A DNA stretch of 20,491 nt, taken from the NCBI GenBank assembly GCA_039714075.1, contig JBDLKA010000063.1, forward strand, positions 1 through 20,491. The letters are read 5' to 3'. The notes beneath the pieces are model-generated. The model had not been told where the DNA came from. It did no database searches and saw only the letters and a list, made by a program, of their open reading frames with translations. Each line of letters starts with the position of its first letter. Position 1 is the first letter of the stretch. Shown one piece after another: positions 1 to 8,238 of this stretch. The position numbers and the translations under genes were made by a program. The DNA is from Candidatus Krumholzibacteriota bacterium. GTDB lineage: Bacteria > Krumholzibacteriota > Krumholzibacteriia > LZORAL124-64-63.

Positions 1-2
1 CG

Positions 3-506
3 GGCAAAAAAGGCATCAGAAAGATTCCCCAGGTGGGAATCGTCGAAATCCAGGATGATGTGGAAATCGGGGCCGGTTCGTGCGTGGATCGGGCCACCAC
101 CGGGCGCACGGTTGTGGGGCAGGGATCAAAGGTCGACAACCTGGTGCAAATCGGCCACAATGTGACAATTGGCAAGGACTGTTCACTAAGTGCCCAGACG
201 GGGATTGCCGGCAGCAGTTCGATTGCAGACGGGGTCATGATCGGGGGACAGGTCGGAATTTCCGATCATTTGAAAATCGGCGAAGGGGCAAGAATAGCGG
301 GGCAGTCGGGCGTCACCAGCGACGTGCCGGCGGGGCAGACCGTTTTCGGCTGTCCGGCCGTGGATTTCAACGAGTCGTTCCGGATGTTCGCCTCCCTGAG
401 GAAACTCCCGGAACTGTTACGCAGGGTCAGACGTCTGGAAAATGCGGAGGAATCCGGCCGGATGAATGACACGGGCACCATAAACGACGATGAAGGTCAG
501 GGGTAA
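3..506 (+). CDS. lpxD: UDP-3-O-(3-hydroxyacyl)glucosamine N-acyltransferase, 5'-truncated by the window edge
   Basis: Frame is open from base 3: [32 protein letters not shown]...[15 protein letters not shown]. Hexapeptide repeats and LpxD KIPQxG/DNLVQIxHN motifs; lies directly upstream of lpxC-fabZ-lpxA. Confidence 0.95.
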   Translation, partial: GKKGIRKIPQVGIVEIQDDVEIGAGSCVDRATTGRTVVGQGSKVDNLVQIGHNVTIGKDCSLSAQTGIAGSSSIADGVMIGGQVGISDHLKIGEGARIAGQSGVTSDVPAGQTVFGCPAVDFNESFRMFASLRKLPELLRRVRRLENAEESGRMNDTGTINDDEGQG

Positions 507-512
507 CAACCA

Positions 513-1826
513 GTGCTCTGGTTCCAGAAAACGCTGAAGAAGGAAGTTTCCACCGAGGGCCTCGGCCTGCATTCCGGTGAATTTTCCCGTATGACCTTCA
601 TCCCCGCGCCGCCCAACACCGGGCTGGTCTTTGTCGTGCCCGGACCCGAGGGCGAGTCCCGGATCCCGGCCCTGGTCGAGAATGTGGCCGACGGCCAGGA
701 TCTCGTGCGCGCCACCACCCTGACCAAGGACGGGGTGACCATCCACACGGTGGAACATGTCCTGTCGGGACTGGCGGGGATGGGGATCACCAATTGCCTG
801 ATCCGCCTGGAGGGCGGGGAACCGCCGGTACCCGATTGCGCCAGCGCCCTGTCCTATGTGGCGATGATCGACGAGGCCGGTGTCGAGGCCCAGGGGTTGC
901 CCGCGCTCTACTACAAGGTGAACCGCCCCATATCATGGCGGCAGGGAGACGTGGAATTGACCGCCGTGCCCGCGGAACACTTCACGCTGACCTTTTCCAT
1001 CGACTATGAAGATCCCAAGATCGGGGTCCAGAACGCGACCTTCGAGATTCATCCTTCCATCTACCGGGAGGAAATCGCCCCGGCGAGGACCTTCGCCATG
1101 ATGAAGGATGTCGCGCGCCTCCAGGAGATGGGGCTGGTCAAGGGAGGGTCCTTCGAAAACGCCCTCGTCTTCGAGGACGGCAAGCTCGGCGGCGGTCAGG
1201 AACTCCGCTTCGTCGACGAATGCGTGCGCCACAAACTCCTGGACCTCCTGGGGGATCTGACCCTGCTGGGGATGCCCATCAAGGGGCACGTCACCGCCAA
1301 GCTTTCCGGCCATTCGGGCAACGTCGAGTTCACCCGGGTGCTGGCCAAGGCCGAGCGGCGGATGCCGCGGATCTACCCGTCCCGCAATCCCGAGTTCTGG
1401 GACATCGGTTCCATCATGGAGATCATGCCCCACCGCTATCCGTTCCTGCTGGTGGACCGCATTTTCGACCTGGAACCCGGCAGGAGGGTTTCGGGCATCA
1501 AGAACGTGACGGTCAACGAGCCTTTTTTCGAAGGCCATTTTCCTGGTCACCCCATCATGCCCGCGGTGCTGATCATCGAGGCCATGGCCCAGACCGGCGG
1601 GGTGCTTCTGATGAGCGGATTTGAAGATCCCAAGGGCAAACTGGTATATTTCAGCGGCATAGACAATGCCCGTTTCCGTCAGCCGGTAACGCCCGGCGAC
1701 CAGCTCAGGTTCGAACTGGAAATGCAGAAGATGCGAGGGTCACTTTGTAAAATGCATGGCACCGCCTGGGTCGGCGACAAGAAGGTCGCCGAGGCGGATC
1801 TCATGTCTACAGTGGTGGAGAGCTGA
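513..1826 (+). CDS. lpxC-fabZ: Bifunctional LpxC (UDP-3-O-acyl-GlcNAc deacetylase) / FabZ (3-hydroxyacyl-ACP dehydratase) fusion
   Basis: N-terminal QKTL..G.GLHSG, TVEHVLS and [11 protein letters not shown] zinc motifs of LpxC; C-terminal [18 protein letters not shown] and EAMAQ motifs of FabZ; one uninterrupted ORF with a GTG start. Confidence 0.95.
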   Translation: MLWFQKTLKKEVSTEGLGLHSGEFSRMTFIPAPPNTGLVFVVPGPEGESRIPALVENVADGQDLVRATTLTKDGVTIHTVEHVLSGLAGMGITNCLIRLEGGEPPVPDCASALSYVAMIDEAGVEAQGLPALYYKVNRPISWRQGDVELTAVPAEHFTLTFSIDYEDPKIGVQNATFEIHPSIYREEIAPARTFAMMKDVARLQEMGLVKGGSFENALVFEDGKLGGGQELRFVDECVRHKLLDLLGDLTLLGMPIKGHVTAKLSGHSGNVEFTRVLAKAERRMPRIYPSRNPEFWDIGSIMEIMPHRYPFLLVDRIFDLEPGRRVSGIKNVTVNEPFFEGHFPGHPIMPAVLIIEAMAQTGGVLLMSGFEDPKGKLVYFSGIDNARFRQPVTPGDQLRFELEMQKMRGSLCKMHGTAWVGDKKVAEADLMSTVVES

Positions 1827-1851
1827 TCCACCACCTTTAAGGAGGAATATC

Positions 1852-2673
1852 TTGGACCCGATGAAGATCAACAAGGTTGTCGGTCCTCGACCCGTCAGCG
1901 AAGCCGAGATTCACCCCACTGCGGTGGTGCATCCCTCGGCGCGCCTCGGGCACAACGTCAAGGTCGGTCCCCATTCGGTGATCGGTCCCGACGTGGTGAT
2001 GGGACCTGACTGCGTGGTTGGTTCGTCCGTCCTCATCGAGGGCCATACGACCATCGGCAGGAACAACCGGTTCTTCCACGGCGCGGCCATCGGCTGTGAA
2101 CCCCAGGACAAAAAATTCCGCGGCGAAACCACTTTTCTCGAAATCGGCGACAACAACGATTTCCGGGAATACGTCACGGTGCATCTGGCCACGGAGGAAG
2201 GCGCCCAGACCCGAGTCGGCAACAACAACCTGGTGATGGCCTATGTGCACATCGCCCACAACTGTCATATCCACGACGACTGTGTCATCGCCAACGCCGT
2301 CAATCTGGCCGGGCACGTGGAAGTGGGAAACCACGCCACCATCGGTGGTCTGACCCCCGTGCACCAGTTCGTACGGATCGGGCCCTATGCCTTCATCGGC
2401 GGGGCCAGCCGCCTGTCCCAGGATGTGCCCCCCTTCGTCAAGGTGGCGGGCAGTCCGGTGGAGGTGCGGGGGATCAACAGCATCGGTTTGAAGCGGAACG
2501 GCTTCACCGATGATGACCTGAAGATCCTCAAGAAGGCCTACCGCATCCTGTACCGGTCGGGGCTCAATGTGACCCAGGCCGTCGATAGGATTGCGGCGGA
2601 CTGCAAGCTGACCAAGCACACCGAAACCCTGATGGCCTTCATCCGCCGCTCGGACCGGGGGATTGTGCGTTGA
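1852..2673 (+). CDS. lpxA: Acyl-ACP:UDP-GlcNAc O-acyltransferase
   Basis: IHPTAVV hexapeptides, PQDKKF, HIAHNC, LAGHV, VHQFVRIG and GLKRNGF motifs. Start placed at TTG 1852 (AAGGAGG at 1839-1845); the in-frame ATG at 1861 is an alternative. Confidence 0.95.
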   Translation: MDPMKINKVVGPRPVSEAEIHPTAVVHPSARLGHNVKVGPHSVIGPDVVMGPDCVVGSSVLIEGHTTIGRNNRFFHGAAIGCEPQDKKFRGETTFLEIGDNNDFREYVTVHLATEEGAQTRVGNNNLVMAYVHIAHNCHIHDDCVIANAVNLAGHVEVGNHATIGGLTPVHQFVRIGPYAFIGGASRLSQDVPPFVKVAGSPVEVRGINSIGLKRNGFTDDDLKILKKAYRILYRSGLNVTQAVDRIAADCKLTKHTETLMAFIRRSDRGIVR

Positions 2674-2707
2674 GGGTTCTGGCACTTGCCGTGAAAGTTG
2701 ACTGACG

Positions 2708-3907
2708 GTGTCGTCGAGGTCATCCCGGCATGTTTTCATATCCTGCGGGGAAGCCAGCGGGGATCGATACGGAGCGGCCTTGACGGCCGCTCTGTCTTCC
2801 ATGGATCCCGATCTGCGCATTTCCGCCCTCGGGGGCGCGGGCCTGGAACAGGCGGGCGCGGAAATCATCGCCGATTCGGCGGAGCTGGCGGTGATGGGTT
2901 TTTCCGAGGTGATTTCGGCCCTGCCCACCTTGTTGCGGGTCAAGAACCGCATCGGGCGCCATCTGGTCGAGCAGAAGGTGGACCTGGTCGTCCCCATCGA
3001 TTTTCCCGGTTTCAATGGGAAGCTGGCCTCCAGCGCCCGCCGGACCGGCATTCCCGTGTTCTGGCTCATCGCTCCGCAGGTCTGGGCCTGGGGGAGTTGG
3101 CGCATTCCCGGTTTGCGGCGAAAGATCGATCGCCTGGGCACCATCCTGCCCTTTGAAACCGATTTTTTCACGCAACGCGGCTTCGAGGTGTTCCCCATGG
3201 GGCACCCGCTGATGGAGGATTACGGTCGGGATTTCCCGTTCGAGGAGAACCTGGCCGCCCGCGAAAGCCGGTTGAGCAAACGGGACGCCCCGCTGACCAT
3301 CGCCATCCTGCCCGGGAGCCGCAGACAGGAATTGAAGCATCTTCTGCCCATCCTGAAAGTGACCACCCAGGCGGTCCTGGGGCACCTGGGGGATCGCAAC
3401 GTGCGGTTCGTCGTCAGTGTCGCCCCCGGCATTGATCCGGTGACCATCAGTTCGGTGTTCGAATCGGGTGTGGAAATCACGGACCGGATATTGCCCCGTC
3501 TGCTGAATGATGCGGACCTGGCCCTCGTTTGCAGTGGGACGGCCAGCCTGGAGGCCGCGCTGGCCGGCGTGCCCCACGAACTGGTCTACCGGACCGGGGC
3601 CCTGAACGGGTTTCTGGGACGGCACCTGGTGCGGACCAACCATATCGGCCTGAGCAACATCATTCTCGGCCAGCAGATGGTTCGCGAGCACCTCCAGGAC
3701 AATGCTTCTCCGCTGCCACTGGCCCGCAATCTGCTGCGCTGGCTGTCCCGCCCCGCCGAACGGGAGGGATTCTACAATCATGTCAGAAGGGTTCGGCAAC
3801 TGTGCGGCCGGCAGGGTGTCTGGGAGCGGACCGCCCGGGCGGTGTTGGATATGATCCCGGCGGAGGCTGGTGCCCAGGCGGAAACGGCCTCCGGAAACGG
3901 CGCCTGA
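2708..3907 (+). CDS. lpxB: Lipid A disaccharide synthase
   Basis: GEASGD, AVMGFSEV, IDFPGFN, PQVWAW, ILPFE, GHPL, LPGSRRQE and SGTASLE motifs. Confidence 0.93.
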   Translation: MSSRSSRHVFISCGEASGDRYGAALTAALSSMDPDLRISALGGAGLEQAGAEIIADSAELAVMGFSEVISALPTLLRVKNRIGRHLVEQKVDLVVPIDFPGFNGKLASSARRTGIPVFWLIAPQVWAWGSWRIPGLRRKIDRLGTILPFETDFFTQRGFEVFPMGHPLMEDYGRDFPFEENLAARESRLSKRDAPLTIAILPGSRRQELKHLLPILKVTTQAVLGHLGDRNVRFVVSVAPGIDPVTISSVFESGVEITDRILPRLLNDADLALVCSGTASLEAALAGVPHELVYRTGALNGFLGRHLVRTNHIGLSNIILGQQMVREHLQDNASPLPLARNLLRWLSRPAEREGFYNHVRRVRQLCGRQGVWERTARAVLDMIPAEAGAQAETASGNGA

Positions 3908-3908
3908 A

Positions 3909-4517
3909 ATGTTACTGCAACGGCTGAAACTGTTCCTCGCACCCGGCACCTGGTGGTTCCTCAAGAAAACCGTCCGGCTGAACGAACTGATCGCGGACCC
4001 AGCCTGGGGTGATCGCCCGGTCATTTTTGCCTGCCTGCACCGCGATATCCTGCCGGCCATCATGTTTGTGCGGCCCATGCGACCCGCTCTCCTGGTCAGC
4101 AACAGTCCGGATGGGGATATCCTGGTCAAAACCCTGGGCGAGGAAGATTACAGGTTCGTCCGCGGGGCCACGGGCCTTGACGGCGGTCGCGCCCTGGTCC
4201 TGCTCCGCCGGGAATTGGGTGCGGGCCACAGTGTGGGACTGGCCGTGGACGGGCCCGAAGGGCCGTTCGGCGCCATCCGGGAGGGCGTTCTGCACCTGGC
4301 CCGGATGACCGGAGCCATCGTCGTGCCCCTGGTGGCCAAAGCCAGCCGGCCCCTGGTCCTGGAAACCTGGGATCGAACCGTGGTGCCCGTTCCCTTTCGT
4401 CGGGTGGAAATGGAAATTGGTCCGGCTCTGCGAATCCCCCCAGACGCCGGGGCGGATGACATGGCCGGTTTTTTCCGTATTCTGGAGGAATTCTACGGTG
4501 TCCAGGAGGAGATGTGA
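3909..4517 (+). CDS. DUF374-family (LpxJ-like) lipid A / lysophospholipid acyltransferase
   Basis: IFACLH, LVSNSPDGDIL, VRGATG, AVDGPEGP and TWDRTVVPVPF resemble DUF374 motifs (FWH, SxSxDGE, VRGS, DGPxGP, WD...PxPF); located between lpxB and lpxK; ATG 3909 is 1 nt after the lpxB stop. Confidence 0.8.
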   Translation: MLLQRLKLFLAPGTWWFLKKTVRLNELIADPAWGDRPVIFACLHRDILPAIMFVRPMRPALLVSNSPDGDILVKTLGEEDYRFVRGATGLDGGRALVLLRRELGAGHSVGLAVDGPEGPFGAIREGVLHLARMTGAIVVPLVAKASRPLVLETWDRTVVPVPFRRVEMEIGPALRIPPDAGADDMAGFFRILEEFYGVQEEM

Positions 4518-5689
4518 TGCGGATTCTCGACCTGCGTCCCCGGACCGTTCGTTTCATGTCGTCCCTGTGGCGGAAGGGTGCTCCCGTTCGGGGCTGCCTG
4601 GCCAAACGGCCCGACTCCCGCAACCCTTTCACAAACCTGATGGGCAAGGTGACCGACAATGTGGTCGCCCGCCGCGTGGCGGCGCGCAAGCCTGCCGCCG
4701 GCGGCCCGGCCATTGTCTCGGTGGGAAACCTGGCCCTCGGCGGAACCGGGAAGACTCCCGTCGTGACGGCCCTGGCCCGTGATCTGGCGGATGACCGCTG
4801 GCGCGGGGCCGTGCTGACCCGTGGCTTCGGATCCCCCTTGTCCGGTCCGCTGGCGGTTGATCCGGGGAATGTCCTGGCCGGTGACGAGGCGCGGCTGATG
4901 GCCGCGGCTTTGGATCCGTGCCAGTGGCCTGTCATTCAGGCGCGGCACCGGGCGCGGGGTTTGGAGTACCTGGTTGAAGAGCACCCGGGAATCGAGATAG
5001 TGATCGTGGAGGACGGTCATCAAACCGCCCGTCTTGGCCGTCATCTTGATGTGGTCATCCTTGATGCCTGGACGGTGGATGACGTTCAGGGATCACCACG
5101 AATCCATCCGGTGACCGGGGCGGTCTTCCCTTTCGGGCCGTGGCGGGAATCGTCCGCGGGTGCGGAACGGGCGGGGATCTGGCTTTTGGAAACCGAGGAA
5201 CCGGTGCCCGCCGAGGGAATGAACGGGCAGGCAGTGGCTGCTTTTTCCCGGCACCTGTCATTGCGTGATGCGCAAGAGGGATCCCTGTTTGAAACGCCGG
5301 ACGGACGGTTCGCGGTTCTTTCGGGAATCGCCCGACCCGCGGCTTTCGAAAAGGCTCTCGAACAGGTTCTGGTCCATGAACCGGTCTTGTCCATCAGGTT
5401 CGGTGATCATGCCGACTACACGCCCCGGGACGCGGCCGACATCAGGCGCGAGGTCGAAGAAGCAGGCGCGGACTTCCTGGTGACCACCGCCAAGGACTGG
5501 GTCAAGCTGGAACCCTTCTGGTCGAACGGTCCCCGGGTCCTGTTGGCGGATCTGGAAATTCGCTGGGGCGGGGAATCGACGCTGCCGGAACTGGTTGCCG
5601 AGCGCCTGGGCGCCTTGCGTGCCCGCCCGTCCGGTCATTCCACCCGGGAACAGCTGGAATCGGGAAACCGTTTCGCCGATGGCGATTGA
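4517..5689 (+). CDS. lpxK: Tetraacyldisaccharide 4'-kinase (divergent)
   Basis: VGNLALGGTGKTP P-loop, GDEA, EDGHQ, PFGPWRE, GIARP, FGDHADY and TTAKDWVKL motifs; TGATG coupling to the upstream gene and AGGAGG at 4504-4509. Confidence 0.88.
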   Translation: MRILDLRPRTVRFMSSLWRKGAPVRGCLAKRPDSRNPFTNLMGKVTDNVVARRVAARKPAAGGPAIVSVGNLALGGTGKTPVVTALARDLADDRWRGAVLTRGFGSPLSGPLAVDPGNVLAGDEARLMAAALDPCQWPVIQARHRARGLEYLVEEHPGIEIVIVEDGHQTARLGRHLDVVILDAWTVDDVQGSPRIHPVTGAVFPFGPWRESSAGAERAGIWLLETEEPVPAEGMNGQAVAAFSRHLSLRDAQEGSLFETPDGRFAVLSGIARPAAFEKALEQVLVHEPVLSIRFGDHADYTPRDAADIRREVEEAGADFLVTTAKDWVKLEPFWSNGPRVLLADLEIRWGGESTLPELVAERLGALRARPSGHSTREQLESGNRFADGD

Positions 5690-5761
5690 CCTTCGCCGTT
5701 GATAACCTGAATATCGGGGAGCGTATTTCACCCTGAGGTTCTCCGACCCGGAAGGTGGCAG

Positions 5762-7438
5762 GTGAGTTCACGATTTTTTGCTGATCCGGTCTCAAGTCGC
5801 TGCCTGGTTATTGGATCAGGTATCGCCGGGTTGCAGTTCGCTCTTCATGCCGCCCATCAGGGCCCCGTCCGTGTCGTGACCAAAAAAGAAAGCAATGAAA
5901 GCAATACAAACTACGCCCAGGGAGGCATCGCCGCGGCCGTTTCTCCCCTGGATGATTTCGAAACCCATGTGCAGGACACTCTCCTGGCCGGCGACGGCCT
6001 CTGCAACGAGGAAGTCGTCCGGAAGATGGTGGAGGCCGGTCCTGGACTGATCGACCGCCTGCTTTCCTACGGAATCCAGTTCAGCCGCGAGGGAGAGGGT
6101 GACGATGCGGCCTTTGCCCTTGGTCGCGAAGGGGGCCATTCCCGCCGCCGGGTCCTGCACTGCCGCGACCTGACCGGACGGGAGATCGAAAGCCGTCTGC
6201 TGGAGGCCTGCGCGAATCATCCCAACATATCCCTGGACGAGGACCACATGGGATTGGAGTTGCTCAAGGGCGAGGTTCTGGGGTGGACCGGGGACATGAG
6301 CGCCCGGGTGGTCGGGTGTCTGGTACTTGATCGCCGGACCCTTGCCCGTCAGGCCTACTTCGCCGATGCGGTCGTCCTGGCAACGGGCGGCTGCGGCAAG
6401 GTCTACAGCTATACCAGCAACCCCGACATAGCCACCGGTGACGGCCTGGCGATGGCCTACCGCGCGGGCGCCGAACTCCGGAACCTGGAATTCGTGCAGT
6501 TCCATCCCACCTGCCTCTACCATCCGGAAGCCAAAAGCTTCCTGATTTCCGAAGCCGTTCGCGGCGAGGGCGGGCGCCTGATCAACGGCCGCGGTGAACG
6601 TTTCATGCAGCGGTATCATCAGATGGGGGATCTCGCGCCGCGGGATGTCGTGGCCCGCAGCATCGACCAGGAAATGAAGACCAGCGGTGATACCTCCGTT
6701 TTCCTGGATCTGCGCCACCTGGACCGTCATAAAGTCCAGGACCGGTTCCCCAACCTGGTAAATATGTGCGCCAAGTTCGGAATCGACATGGCGGGAGAAC
6801 CCGTTCCCGTGGTGCCGGCCGCCCATTACATGTGCGGTGGAGTGGCGGTCGATCTGGATGCCCGGACCAGTCTGCCCGGCCTGTACGCCATCGGGGAAAT
6901 TGCCTGTTCCGGTGTCCACGGGGCCAACCGCCTGGCCAGCAATTCCCTGCTCGAAGCCGTTTTCTTCGCCACCCGCGCCGCCGCGGCCATCGCCGACGAG
7001 AAGGCTTACGTCGGGGAAATGACGCCCGCCCTGGCGCCGGGGTTCGGCGGCCGGGAGAGCGGCGTTCCCGGGGCCCAGGTCATGGTGCTGGAGCACGACT
7101 GGGACCTGGTGCGGCGGGTCATGTGGGATTACGTGGGAATCGTGCGCAGCAGGGAACGGCTCGATATCGCCCTGGACCGGTTGCGCTCCATCAGGCAGAC
7201 GGTCGAAAGCGTGTACCGGTCTTCGGTCATCGATCCGGCCACCGTCGAACTGCGGAACATCGCCCTGCTGGGTGAATTGATCGTGCTCAGCGCCCGCGCC
7301 CGCCAGGAAAGCCGCGGTCTGCACTTCACGCTGGACCATCCCCACCAGTTGGCGACGGCTGAAGATTCCCGCATCTGTCGCCATGAAGATCTGGCCGGGG
7401 AGACCAGCTGGGAGGCCCCGGAGGAATCCCTTGGGTGA
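5762..7438 (+). CDS. nadB: L-aspartate oxidase
   Basis: GSGIAG FAD motif, NTNYAQGGIA, EGGHSRRR, EFVQFHPT, LISEAVRGEG, LAPRDVVAR, PAAHYMCGG, HGANRLASNSLLE and ESRGLH motifs. Confidence 0.93.
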   Translation: MSSRFFADPVSSRCLVIGSGIAGLQFALHAAHQGPVRVVTKKESNESNTNYAQGGIAAAVSPLDDFETHVQDTLLAGDGLCNEEVVRKMVEAGPGLIDRLLSYGIQFSREGEGDDAAFALGREGGHSRRRVLHCRDLTGREIESRLLEACANHPNISLDEDHMGLELLKGEVLGWTGDMSARVVGCLVLDRRTLARQAYFADAVVLATGGCGKVYSYTSNPDIATGDGLAMAYRAGAELRNLEFVQFHPTCLYHPEAKSFLISEAVRGEGGRLINGRGERFMQRYHQMGDLAPRDVVARSIDQEMKTSGDTSVFLDLRHLDRHKVQDRFPNLVNMCAKFGIDMAGEPVPVVPAAHYMCGGVAVDLDARTSLPGLYAIGEIACSGVHGANRLASNSLLEAVFFATRAAAAIADEKAYVGEMTPALAPGFGGRESGVPGAQVMVLEHDWDLVRRVMWDYVGIVRSRERLDIALDRLRSIRQTVESVYRSSVIDPATVELRNIALLGELIVLSARARQESRGLHFTLDHPHQLATAEDSRICRHEDLAGETSWEAPEESLG

Positions 7439-8225
7439 GGGTTGGTTCAAAGCGGCCTTCGGAGCCCATTATCCCCTGCTTTACCAACACCGGGATGCCG
7501 CGGAGGCCGGGCGCTGTATTGCCATGCTGCAGGGCCTGGCGCCGTTCACCCGGCGGCCGGGGGACCTTGTCCTGGACCTGGGGTGCGGCGATGGACGGCA
7601 CCTTGAACTACTTTTCAGGCTTGGGATTGCCGCCGTGGGTCTGGACCTTTCGGTCCATCTGCTGGATCGGGCCCGTGCCCGGGAAGGGGGGTCTTCCCGA
7701 TATCCCCTGGTACGCGGAGACATGCGCCATCTCCCTTTGGCGGATGATTCCTTTGTCTCGGTCCTGTCCCTGTTCACCGCTTTCGGGTATTTCGGCACTC
7801 CGGCCGACAACAAGGCGCCCGTGCAGGAAGTGGCCCGGGTGCTGAAACAGGGCGGGCGGTGGTATCTGGATTATTTCGACGGTGACCGGGTGCTCGCGGA
7901 ACTGGGCTCCGGCAGCCGGAAGGAAAGGGAAAGGGAACTGGGTCCTTTGACCGTCCGTGAAATACGCCGCTACGAAGCGGATCGATCCCTGGTCGCCAAA
8001 GAGGTGCATCTGAGGCCAAGGTCCGGAAAACAGGAAGAAGCCCTGGCCCTGGGAGTGCCTTCACAGGGACTGGAGTATACGGAACAGGTTGCCGTGTTCA
8101 CCCTGCCGGAACTGGATGACATGGCTGCCGGCCAAGGGTTGCACCGGGTGGCCGCCGCAGGTGGTTATGAAGGCCAGGTTCTGGGTGAGGGAACCCGATG
8201 GATCCTCGTTTACCAAAAGGCGTAA
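7431..8225 (+). CDS. Class I SAM-dependent methyltransferase, candidate bacillithiol N-methyltransferase (NmbA-like)
   Basis: VLDLGCGDGRH motif I, GLDLS, RGDMRHLP, LSLFTAFGYF; N-terminal WFxxxFGxxYxxLYxHRD. Probable TTG start at 7431 (GGAGGA at 7420-7425), overlapping the nadB end by 8 nt. The methyltransferase call is firm; the substrate is inferred from gene context. Confidence 0.85.
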   Translation: MGEGWFKAAFGAHYPLLYQHRDAAEAGRCIAMLQGLAPFTRRPGDLVLDLGCGDGRHLELLFRLGIAAVGLDLSVHLLDRARAREGGSSRYPLVRGDMRHLPLADDSFVSVLSLFTAFGYFGTPADNKAPVQEVARVLKQGGRWYLDYFDGDRVLAELGSGSRKERERELGPLTVREIRRYEADRSLVAKEVHLRPRSGKQEEALALGVPSQGLEYTEQVAVFTLPELDDMAAGQGLHRVAAAGGYEGQVLGEGTRWILVYQKA

Positions 8226-8238
8226 GAGACGAATCTGC

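Noticed and set aside
5686..5730. Possible internal promoter for nadB (TTGACC / TTGATA)
   Set aside because: No adequate -10 element at correct spacing; it cannot be supported from sequence alone.
5762..7438. Alternative call as succinate dehydrogenase / fumarate reductase flavoprotein
   Set aside because: It lacks the covalent-FAD His (SNT here rather than SHT/SHS), has the NadB-type EGGHS motif, and has no adjacent Fe-S subunit.
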